From Octopus sinensis (Eukaryota), in contig NC_043011.1 of NCBI RefSeq assembly GCF_006345805.1, positions 1,984,001 through 2,048,000 of the forward strand: DNA of 64,000 bases, given 5' to 3'. Below are positions 26,521 through 38,200 of this stretch, one piece after another. Position 1 is the stretch's first letter. Every line of letters starts with the position of its first letter. Made by a program: the position numbers and the translations under genes. The notes below the pieces were generated by a model. That model searched no databases. It was not told where the DNA came from and saw only the letters and a list, made by a program, of their open reading frames with translations.

Positions 26521-27411
26521 GCACACAAATTGACAAATTGATAGTATTTGCTCCTATATTGGTATCTCTTACTTCTCTGTTAGTTCACTATTTATTTCTG
26601 AGTTCACAAATTTAAACTATTGGCTAATATGTTTCTCTAGAAAAACATAACAATAGTTGTAACATGATTTCAAATCAAAATCTTATGCAAATGCATGCAA
26701 GAATAAAATATTACCATATGAAATTTTTAATGAAAATGAAGAACTGTCGCATAATTATATTTAGAAGTTTGAGCCAGATAGAATTGGTAGAGCGTTGGAT
26801 TAAATGCATTGTTGCGTTTACATACTAAGATCAATGAGAAAAAGAAGTGTTAATAATATTACATTTGATTCAATCCAATTGGCTATGTTGCTCTCTTATA
26901 ATTATGTAGTCTTGTGTCAATATGTGAGAAAGATCTTGATAGCTAAAAACTTAGCATCTGTGTGTGTATGTATAGTGCCTTGAGAAATTCCAGTATTGAA
27001 ATTTTTGTAATGAGTAAATTAGGTTACCTGAAAACATGACTTGGAAAATGGTGAAAGAGAATATGAAACTAACAAATGCTGAAGTACATGTTATTGATGT
27101 GCATTACACTAACTGAACTTGTAAAGCCGTCATAAAAAACATTTAGCATTTATTTTCTGTAATTAAAATTTAACTTTTAATTTTTGCAATTTTAAAAATA
27201 TATCTCTACAGCAGATGATTGTTAAGTGAAGCATTACTGTACTGTATTTATTTGTCGATGATGTGAGTACTTTAAACATAGGATACAAGTCAAATATTTC
27301 TATATTTTTCTATAAATTAGAGAATATAAAAATATATTAATAATTTTTAGTACAAAATGTAGGAGCCACATTATTTTGAGATCATATTATATCTGAGTTA
27401 ATATATTCTTT

Positions 27412-27620
27412 TCTACTCTAGGCACAAGGCCTGAAATTTTAGGGGAGGGGGCCAGTCGATTAGATCAACCCCAATATGCAACTGGTACTTAATTCATCGA
27501 CCCCAAAAGGATGAAAGGCAAAGTCGAACTCAGCTGAAGTTGAACTCAGAACATAAAGACAGACGAAATACCGCTAAGCATTTTGCATGGCATGCTAACG
27601 TTTCTACCAGCTTGCTGCCT
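27412..27620 (-). mobile_element. SINE family B
   Basis: Family B body. Confidence 0.85.
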
Positions 27621-28139
27621 TCTGAGTAAATATATTCCATCAATGATAGCAGTTGTTGCTCTAATGATACTCTTCTCATTCTTTATCTCTACTTTTAACA
27701 ATCATTATCAGTCACCTTTAAATATTTGGTGCCACACTTGCTTGTGCAATTCAGTCATTGAGTATGCCATATCACCATAAGATAAGAATGGAAAATCAAA
27801 TTATTCTTTTGAACAGAAATGTCTCCCTTCTGAAAGCTAGATTTTAAAAAGTAGTTAAAACCTTCTTGTCTTTATTCATAAACTGTTTCTATCACTTCTT
27901 CAGCAAACTTTTGATTTTTTTATAAAATGAAATGAAGACACCTGATAACGATGTCTTAGAAAATATTTTTAGCTTCAACAAAGTATTATTTAGTTTAATC
28001 AAAACTCGAGAGCAATTATTTGGCAGTGACAAAGAGTTCTCATTGCAGAGAATATTTCTCCTCGTTTATATCATTCCCTCAGTTCATAAGCCATCAAAGA
28101 AATTTCCTCAAGAACTACTACTGTTGCTACCACAAACAT

Positions 28140-28668
28140 ACATATGTACACATGCATGTGCACACACACACACACACACACACATACACACATATATGTG
28201 CATACACACATGTATGTGTATATGTGTATGCATGTGTGTGTGTATATATATATATATGTATGCATGTGTGTATGTATGTATGTATGTGTGTATGCATGTA
28301 TGTATGTATGTATGTATGTATGTATGTATGTATGTATGTATGTATGTATGCATGTATGTATGTATGTATGTATGTATGTATGTATGTATGTATGCATGCA
28401 TGTATGTATGTATGTATGTATGTATGTATGTATGTATGTATGTATGTATGTGTGTATGTATGTATGTATGTATGTATGTATGTATGCATGTGTGTATGTA
28501 TGTATGTATGTGTGTATGCATGTATGCATGTATGTATGTATGTATGTATGTATGTATGTATGTATGTATGTGTGTATGCATGTATGTATGTATGTATGTA
28601 TGTATGTATGTATGTATGTATGTATGTGTGTATGCATGTATGTATGTATGTATGTATGTATGTATGTA

Positions 28669-28716
<48 letters not shown>

Positions 28717-28718
28717 GT

Positions 28719-28782
<64 letters not shown>

Positions 28783-28790
28783 GTCATCTG
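28140..28790. repeat. ~650-bp compound (TATG)n/(TG)n microsatellite
   Basis: Direct observation; source of the MYVC/HTYI pseudo-ORFs. Confidence 0.97.
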
Positions 28791-29379
28791 AAGCTATTCA
28801 GTGCATTTACATAGCCTCTTCTCTCATTTCAGAAGCAACCCAACTTGAAATTAAAAATACAATAGTTTCTTAGAATGAATGCTGTTCAGTTATAGAATTT
28901 AAACACTTTTTTCTATAGAGTGTGACTGGAAACATTTTGTAGAAGTTAGCCACAGTACACAATAACATAAGAATCTCAGATAAAGGAACAGAAATATTTC
29001 TTTTTACATATTTATAAATTTTGCACTACAACTTATAGAGATCTATTTTTGTTGGTGCAGGAAATGCGAGGATGAAAAACATTTTAAACTTAACTTTCTG
29101 AAAAATTTATTTTTATATCTTTCATTTGACTAGTTCAGTGTATAGAAAAGGAAAATAATAAAGTAGGAAACTCTGTATTTACTGTGTATTTATTAACATT
29201 TCATTCATTCATTGCACTAAGCATAGATAAGTGAAGAAACTTTTACATATTTTTCATATGTGTATAATATGCACACCTCACATGCACACACTACATGCAC
29301 ACATACATGCACTCTCGTCACGCACATATTAATTATATATACAAGAAAATAAAATCACTATCATATATATGTGCATGTA

Positions 29380-29383
29380 TCTA

Positions 29384-29432
<49 letters not shown>

Positions 29433-29438
29433 ATAAAT

Positions 29439-29479
<41 letters not shown>

Positions 29480-29680
29480 CAGACAGACAGACAGATAGAT
29501 AGTTAGTTAGTTAGTTAGATAGATAAATAGATAGATAGATAAATAGATATATTGATAGATAGATAGATTGATAAATAGATAGATAGATAGGTTGATTGAT
29601 TGATTGATAGATACATATAGATATGCATATATATAGATAGATAAATATATAGATATAAATATATAGATATATATATATAT
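29380..29680. repeat. Compound (TA)n/(GA)n/(GACA)n/(GATA)n microsatellite
   Basis: Direct observation. Confidence 0.9.
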
Positions 29681-30390
29681 ATTTGTGTATATAGGATTGT
29701 AGTTTTTATTTCCTTCCAAGAAATTTGCTTAAGGTCCATATATGCTTCCATGCTTAAGGGAATTCAGTCATGTAAAATACAATAAGTATTCATAACAATG
29801 GTTTATATAATGGAACAGTGGTAGAAGAATATCTTTCAGTTTGGAATAAATAGTTCGGTGAATTATTCTCTGCATCTAATGTACTGGAAATTTAGTGCAT
29901 TGTCAGTTTCACTGAAATGGTTCTGCCTTCCTTGAACATACAGTATTTCATTTAGGTTCTGTATTAGACCACATATTGATCATGCATACTTTGGCTGTAT
30001 TGTGTATGTCCACATGCTGCTTTACCAATATCTGGTAATGTGGTATTACTGTTGTTCCTAAAAGTGTTACCTAGAAGTTCTGATTACATTTTTTTTCAGT
30101 CCAAAAGGCAGACAAAAATAACTCCAAGAAATTTAGAAAAAATAAATCATAACTAATGTAAATATTATTCAAAGAAGATCATCATTGTTGTCATCCTTAT
30201 TGTCATCTCATCCCCACCATTAACAGCACCGTCCACCACTATCATCCTTACTTTCACTTTCACCCTCTTCCTCCCTTTCTTTTCCTTATCAAACTCCTCC
30301 TACTCCTTGTCATCATCCTCAAGAAAGCTGGCATTGAGATTTTTAGGAACCCTCACCAAATCAGGCTCTGAAAAAAAAAAAAAAAAAACT

Positions 30391-30940
30391 AGAGTCAGAA
30401 GTTAAGTTAATTTTGGGGCTCAAAAAGCAAAAAGCAAGGCCATGTAGGGGGACATGGAGTTATGTACAGGGTGATGTTCATGCAAAGAGTTCAGGCCATT
30501 TCTGGTCAAGAGAGACTTTGAACCGAGCGGTCATCGGCATCTTCACTATCTCGTCCGGCAGCTTATTCCATGGATCCGCAACCCGGACGGAGAAAGCCCC
30601 TCTCCTTCGATTGAGATGAAATTGTCGCAGATAGAGCTTTTTGGAGTGACCCCGCAGCCAACGCTCTTGAGCAGGAGTGAAGAACAGCTCTTTTGAGAGG
30701 TTACACTTTCTGCTTATGATGTTGTGGGCAAGAATGAGATCACCACGGCGTCGTCGTTTTTCTAGAGAATAAAGGTCGAGCGTCTTCAGCCTTTCTTCAT
30801 AAGACAAATGCTTGAGACCAAGAACCATGCAGGTAGCCAGCTTCTGGACTCTTTCGAGATGATGTATGTCTTTGAGGAGATAAGGAGAAGAGGCTTGAAT
30901 CCTGTACTCCAATATGGGTCTCACCAGCGTGACATAGATT
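30391..30940 (-). mobile_element. 5'-truncated CR1-group LINE 3' end
   Basis: RPILEY...LERVQKLAT...LSYEERLKTLDLYSLEKRRRRGDLI...FSVRVADPWNKLP; flanked on both sides by A tracts. Confidence 0.9.
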
Positions 30941-30999
30941 AAAAAAATATGATGCTTAAATCAAATTATAACCACAGTTCACTTACTTTATTTGCAGAA

Positions 31000-33100
31000 C
31001 ATAATAATTACTCTACCTCTCCTTCAATTCCTCTTTAAAGAATAAATGACTCATAATCTTATGCCTGCTTTCTTTTGCTTACTCTTCTTTCAGTTGTTAA
31101 TAAATCTTTTTCACAATCCCATACAGTGTATTCCATTGCATTTCTAGTAATTCTCTTTAATTGTGTCTTCTTTTAAAGAATTTAGTGCTTTTTCGCAATG
31201 GATGTTGAAGAAATAACAAGACAGATAAATTGGTAATAAAATTGGACTACAAATCACCTATTGAATTATGAAGTCCATGTTTTATGTCTATTAACTTGTA
31301 GCAGTAATTAGGAATTTTTTTGTAGACGAAAGCTGTCTGCTCTAAAATAATATTTTCTCCACTGATCATCAAGATCATTAAAACAGTCAGCACAATGGAT
31401 AGGAAATGAACAACTGGTGGAATAATAGAAATACATGCTGGGATCATAAGTTATTTTGGTGCCTAGTTTCTTTAATTTAGCAATAATTCCATCTTTACTG
31501 AAAGGAAATCTCTCACCTCTCATTGAATTCAAATTCTGCTAGGAATTTCAATCAGTCAGTTCTAAATCTGCTATTAATGATTTTTGTTTATTACACAAAA
31601 GCTTCACAAATGAAATGACCAGCTGCTTTTCCTCCAACTAATATTTTTATAATTACTTTCATAGTTTGGATCAACAACTCATCCTTCATAAAGAACTGCA
31701 AGAGCATTGGTGTTTTGATATCATTAAACACAAATAATGTAACCTGAAATATTCAAACAGAGATTCAACATTCAGTAAATTCACTCTTTGCAGAACATCC
31801 TGAAGGGAAAGTTTTAAGTATTTGATTCTATAATTACTTCATACCTTATAAATTCTCTTGGTACCATTAGCATTTGTCAACTTCAATTCACATCAGATAC
31901 AAAGAAAGCATCAAAACCTTGCAATATCACTGCAACTGTTTCTCAAGAAAGCAACTGTGTTTCAGCAAGTTTAGATATTCTGCAGCAACAGTTTCATCAA
32001 TAAGTTCAAATTCCCAATATCTCTTTTGCTGTGTGAAAAATAATGTGTTAAATTTTTTACAAAAGCTTTAAATATATGAGAGCCATGCAGCAACAGCATG
32101 ATCTGCAAAAGAATGACTAATGCAACTCATAAAAAAAACAATAACTTACCAATAATTTCTGGTAAGTTACATGCACATCATCACGGCGGAACAATTGTCG
32201 CTTGCAAATCCAATAATAATTTGTAGAGGAATATTTTTTCCATTCAAGAAATCGAAACCGAAATCAAAATCAAAGTGAACTTTGATGACAGGCACAAGCA
32301 CCATATGAGCATGATCGTTGCCAGCCTCACATTACTGGCACTTGTGCCCCGTGCTAGTTGGGTGCTAAGAGCACCATCTGAGCATGATCGTTGCCAGAGC
32401 GACTAACTGGCTTCTGTGCCGATGGCATGTAAGAGGCACCATTTGAGCAGGATCGTTACCAGCATCGCCTTACTGGCACCTGTGCCATTGGCATGTGTAA
32501 AAAATTTGAACGAGGTTGTCGCCAGTACCGCCTGACTGGCTCCCATGCCGGTGACATGTAAAAGCACCCACTACACTCTTGGAGTGGTTGGCGTTAGGAA
32601 GGGCATCCAGCTGTAGAAACTCTGTCAGATCAAGACTGAAGCTTGGTGCAGCCATCTGGTTCGCCAGCCCAGTCAAACCGTCCAACCTATGCTAGCATGG
32701 AAAGCGGACGTTAAACGACGACGATGATGATGATGATGATGATAGATTTGACAGAATTGTAAGGAACAAGAGTCATTCCACTTGCAACTGCAACAGTATC
32801 TTACAATGCATCTATAACATCAAACTCATTTAGATCAAAAGATCTCTCAAATATAGCCAAAAATTTGGTGAAATGAAATGTTTGCATTGTTATCAATTAT
32901 AATAGAAAACTTTTGCATGTTACTGATGACCATTATCAATTTTTCATATGGGAAGACATTCCATCCTGAAAGATATACAAGTGTTTTGTTACTTCACTAA
33001 TAATTTTTCAGTAACCTTATTATGCAAATATTCTCTCTTATTTACTATGAGAAGATGACCATTCTTTGTAAATGGAATGCTATTTTTTGAAATATAAGCA
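31000..33100 (-). pseudogene. Degenerate hAT-superfamily transposase fossil, interrupted by a family C SINE
   Basis: Minus-strand remnants IIGFASDNCSAVM (catalytic-D region), CISHSFA (C-x-x-H) and YFSHSKR; many stops and frameshifts. Confidence 0.65.
32250..32745 (+). mobile_element. SINE family C, long copy nested in the hAT fossil
   Basis: (gaaatc)n-like start, repeated internal modules, ggacgttaaacgacg(atg)n tail. Confidence 0.9.
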
Positions 33101-33418
33101 TTTCACTTTTGGCTTTCATTGGCATAGAGTTATTTAAGTTTCTTAGAGTAACATTGCTGCTTTTATAGTCACTGGTTCTTTACTTCAATTTTCATTAGGG
33201 CAAAGACTTAAATTCAGAATTTAGTACCCATTTTTCCTCGAATGACAGAGAATCCTGTTTTCCTGTTTTTGTTAGAATTTCCATTCCATCACTCAGTATG
33301 ATAGAGACCAAATATAGTATGAATGTAACCAATGCTGGATTTAGCCCTTAGGCGCACAAAAATTTATATACCAAAGTTCTTTTATTGTCTGTAAATGGAA
33401 TTCATAATTGAAACATGA

Positions 33419-33770
33419 ATCATCATCATCATCATCGTTTAACGTCCACTTTCCATGCTAGCATAGGTTGGACGGTTCGACTGGGGTCTGGGAAACCAGG
33501 AGGCTGCACCAGGCCCAGTCTGATCTGGCAGTGTTTCTACAGCTGGATGCCCTTCCTAACGCCAACCATCCCGTGAGTGTAGTGGGTGCTTTTAATGTGC
33601 CACCGGCACAGTGCCAGGCGAGGCTAGCAACAACCACGATTGGTTGGTGCTTTTTATGTGCCACCGGCATGGAGGCCAGTCGGGGCGGCGCTGGCAACAG
33701 CCACGTTTGGATGGTTCTTTTACGTGCCACTGGCACTGGTATCACAACTACAATTTCCATTGATTTTTGA
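33419..33770 (-). mobile_element. SINE family C
   Basis: (cat)n tail plus body. Confidence 0.9.
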
Positions 33771-33839
33771 GCAGGTTAAATTCAAAAACAGTCAACCACT
33801 TTACCACTGAAAATCCAACTTTTCTTTCTGTCAGATTCA

Positions 33840-35210
33840 AAACTTCAGAGTGGCAACCATCGACACAGACATACTGAAAGGTAAATCTAATGAGATTGTG
33901 GTCATACTAGAGTGGAGGTGAGTGGATGTGTGCAGTAGCTAAGATGGGAAAGAGCTTCTGCCAAGCTCTTCTTTGGCAAGAAATAGCAATAAAAATTCTT
34001 CTGGGCAATTAAAATTGATGGCAGGTGTGTGGGAGACACAGACAATTTTTAGAAGTAGAAGATGATATAACTTCAGTAGTTAGTGTGGGATAGGATAATT
34101 AAGATGTGACTAGTTATAGACAGCTCAAAACCAGTACTTAACTCCACATGTGCCCGAGACAGAAGTACTATTTCTATGAGATCCATCTGTCCGCTACCTC
34201 AAACATGATTGACTGCAACTTCATTATCCTGATGGTTTCTATGACATATATAGTGGGTATGGATATGGTTCAGTAAATTAAGAGGGTGTGAGGCTCATGG
34301 ACTTCTGTGATACAACTGATCTAACAATTTGCAACACACTTCAAGAGACTGAACAACTCTCTCATCACCAACCAATCTGGTGATACATGAGTCAGACAGA
34401 TTTCATTCTCATTTGGAAGTCAGATAAACAGGACATAGTAAATACCAAAACCTTTCCTGGAATTCATTGGATTAGAGAAAGCATTTGATTGGGTGCTCAA
34501 TTTAGTGATCTGATTATCACTAAGGAAACTTATTATAGATGAATGGCTTGTGATGGTTATACAAGCTATGTACAAAGATGCAGTATCAGTAATTAAATGA
34601 ATTAATTGAATTTTGTATGAGCATGGGGATCTATCAAGGCTTGATCTTCAGCCCTTTTCTATTCATCATAGTCCAACAGGCCATTACAGAGGAGTTTATA
34701 ATAAGCTGTCTATGAAAACTCATATATACTGATAATCTAGTTTCCCTTGCTCAATCTATATTGGAACTAAAGAGGAAATTTTGGGGTTAGAAGCTGAAAC
34801 TAGAATTAATAGGCCACAAGATAAATTTAACAAAGTCTAGGGTGTTAGCAAGTAGGAAAGAAGACAGGGTCCTTATCATCTGGTAAATGGCCTCACTAAA
34901 TATGTAGAAGAAGAATAGGTGTAAATTTTATACAGGTACCAAATGTATAAACACAGGTGAAGTGGGGTGAAAAACTGGCTAATGGAAAAGTTTTGTGACA
35001 GACACACTGGGGCAATGCATTGTATGATCACACTGGAAATAGATTATCTTAAGTACTCAAATGGATATCTAGATGTTGTCAATAGTTTCTGTTACACAGG
35101 AGATGTAATTGGCTGAGAAGGTGGTTGCTCAGAAAGTATAGAAGCCAGAGTAAACAGAGGTGGGCAAAAGTTCATGGTGCTATTACCATTTCTGGGGAAC
35201 AAAGGTATTA
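33840..35210 (+). mobile_element. Old, internally deleted RTE-clade LINE (APE and RT remnants)
   Basis: FRVAT...LKG...EIV (APE start), LEKAFD, QG..LSPFLFIIV and VVNSFCY.GD in shifting frames. Confidence 0.7.
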
Positions 35211-36129
35211 TTTTTTGCAGTAGTATCTTACTATAATGTTTTTTGTTTAGTGTATTTATATTCTTCATGAGGAAGTGTATAGAATATTACAGCATCTTTT
35301 TTTAATTAATGTTTGGAAAACACTCATAACAAAATGGAGCTATAATATTTTGTTTTTCTATGTAATACTTGGCATAAACACACACACACATATACACACA
35401 CATGCACACACACACATATCCACATATACATATACATAAATGTACATAAAGACAGGCAGAAATATATACAAGATTTTTCTATATGTGGTATGTATTTGGA
35501 AGTGTATGTATGCATGTGATATGCATAGATGTGTTTTATGTTTATTACCATAAAAACATAACAGCTTTTCAATAAATAGAGTTTGTCAAGATAAGTACCA
35601 GACAGAAATATTGAATCTGTGTGATTGACTATAATCCTTGAACCCAGGGTAGCCACGGTTCAATAACTGAAAGCATTAGATAAATTAAGCAAAATGTTTA
35701 TAAGTTCCACATCTCACTAAGATATCATCCTATTGAATTTGGCTAAGTTTTCTATATAGAAAAAGAAAAAATAATTTATTTCAAGTCTTATGCAAGGGAG
35801 ATTTATCATCTTTCCAATATATTTTTAGTTAGTATTTGTTACTAATGACCAAAAATAAACAAAAAAAAAGGAACAATAAAATATAATCTTATGATTGTCA
35901 TTAATGCAAGAAATATGCTTTACCTTCTGTTACAGCCTTTTTAAAGTTGTTACAAGACTATCAATCACTGAATGTTGATTTTGGCTGAATTGAGCCTCAT
36001 CTTGTTTTGTAGCAATTAAAACAGTGCATGTGTAGACTATCTTCCCAGTTAATCTTCAAATTAAATTATTTGTTTTATTTGTCATGATATTTGATATTTA
36101 GTGCACAATGTAAATTATATAACATGCCA

Positions 36130-36880
36130 TAAAGCAGTTCTATATTCAAGAGATGAGGAATTATGTACATTATTTACATTTGACGGATATTTGTCCTCAT
36201 CTTGTTTGTTGTTAACACAATGTTTCGGCTGATATACCCTCCAGCCTTCTTCGGGTGTCTTGGGGAAATTTCGAACCTGGGTTCTCATTCCTAAGGTATT
36301 TTTCAATGTTATCATTATTATTATTATTGTTTAGGTCACTGCTTGGAATCAAACTCAGAATATTGGGGTTAGTAGCCCACGTTCTTAACTACAATGCCAT
36401 ATGCTCATGGACAATTATGGAGTGAATTTTAGGGCTTATGGAAAAATGGAGACCACCTCCTCCTGTGGGATGAAGTTAAAATAATAGATAGAGGACACCA
36501 CTGGAAAATGCGAAGACTAAAAGAAGCAGCACATATGCTAGGATGCAACAACCTCCTAAGCAGACAGTGCAGATACGAGCAGTATATGGGAACCAGTATT
36601 AAGGAAGGTTAGAAAAATATTAGATTTATAAGCCCTAAAATTCACTCCATAATTATCCACAGGCATATGGCATAGTGGTTAAGAGTGCGGGCTACTAACC
36701 CCAAGATTCTGAGTTCGATTCCAAGCAGTGACCTGAATAATAATAACAATAACATTGAAAAATACCTTAGGAATGAGAACCAAGGTTCGAAATTTCCTCA
36801 AGACACCTGAAGAAGCTGAAACATTGTGTTAACAACAAACAAGATATCCTTTTTTTTATACGAATGTAAATAATGTAAAT
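36130..36880 (+). mobile_element. Penelope-like element 3' end: inverted pLTR + EN C-terminus + pLTR carrying a tRNA-like Pol III promoter and an HHR motif
   Basis: 36130-36439 is the inverted copy of 36628-36880; spacer encodes WKNGDHLLLWDEVKIIDRGHHWKMRRLKEAAHMLG (PLE GIY-YIG C-terminus); pLTR has tggcatagtgg (A box), gagttcgattcc (B box) and gacac-CTGAAGA-A...GAAA. Confidence 0.85.
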
Positions 36881-37214
36881 AATGTCATAAAGCATCTGAA
36901 AGTTATTCTATAAATATACTTCTAGTATAGTATATACCAACTTTAGAGGAGTAATTATTCCCTGTAATGTTGAACATGTTTGAAAAGCTCAAACATGATA
37001 TTGCAAATGGTGGTGCAGAAAAGAATAGTGCTAAATCATTCCTATGCACTGGTATTTAGTCATATTTGTTGGTTTTCTATAGGAGACATAACCTTGAAAT
37101 TATTTCAGAGCAAGGCTAGATATACATCAGGTCATTAAGAATGAAATTTCTGATTTTGAACTGAAAGTTGATTTTACTTTATCTTAACAAAAAGCAATGC
37201 AGTTAATCAATGTA

Positions 37215-38200
37215 TGCACCTAAATTATCAACACAATTTTGTCATTTTATTGGTAGCTTATTTATGCCAGCAGCAAAGAATTCTGGAGAGCAAGAGGTGA
37301 TGAAATCATGAAAGGCTGTTTCTGCATCTTCTTCAGATTTGAAGTTTTGCAGCTTCCTCAGATTTGTCTCATGCCTGGAAAATGTGATGTCAGTTGGTGC
37401 AAGGTCTGGTGAATATGGTGGATGACAGAGTACTTCCAAGTTCAGTTCCTCTAACTTGAGTAGTGTTCTTTGTGCAACATGTGGTCAAGGATTGTCTTCC
37501 AAGAGAATTGGCCTGTCTCTACAGACTAATCTCGGTTGTTTAATTCCAAGTTCACTCATCATTTCATCCAGTTGGTTGATGTATACATCCGCTGTAATTA
37601 ACTTACCAGGTCTCATGAAGCTGTAGTGGATGACACCAGCAATGGACTACCAAATAGATACCATTAGCTTTTTTTGGTGAATATTCTTTTTTGGATTGTG
37701 TTTTGGCACTTAGTCTCTATCCAGCCAACATGCAGAATGCTTGCTATTGTTGAAATGGATCTGTTTTTCATCACGCATAACATATGATGCAAATATGGTT
37801 TGCTTTTATGCCATGACAGCAAAGAACAGCAAGTTTCAATATGATGTTGTTCAGTTAGTTTAGTACCCACTTGTCCAGCTTCTTTACCTTGCTGATTTGT
37901 TTCAAAAGGTTCAATACAGTTGGAATCGAAGAATCAAATCTTGCTGCTAACTCATGCATAGTTTGAGATGTATCTGCTTCCACTACAGTTTCTAGCTCAT
38001 CATTATCCACCTCAGATCTACCACAGGGCTGTTTTTCAACAGTAAAGTCACCAGACTGGAACATCTCAAATTAATTAATATTCACTGTACTCATTCACCA
38101 CATCTTCACCAAGTACCACATTGATGTTTTGAGCTGTCTGGGATGCATTAGTTCCATAACAGAACTCATATTCAAAAACAACAAGAATTTTTTTATCTCT
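37215..38200 (-). mobile_element. Degenerate mariner transposon
   Basis: FQSGDFTVEKQPCGR..., KVKKLDKWV and HPPYSPDLAPTD. Confidence 0.9.

Noticed and set aside
27932-28873. Long ORFs (313, 264, 238, 211 aa) rich in MYVC/HTYI
   Set aside because: They are translations of a (TATG)n/(TG)n microsatellite that lacks stop codons. The same applies to similar ORFs at 8.5-9.3, 14.9-15.3, 19.8-20.1, 43.9-44.5 and 52.2-52.5 kb.
33835-33880. AG...GTAAAT exon-like segment
   Set aside because: The sequence is the N-terminus of an RTE APE endonuclease fossil that continues past the 'donor'.
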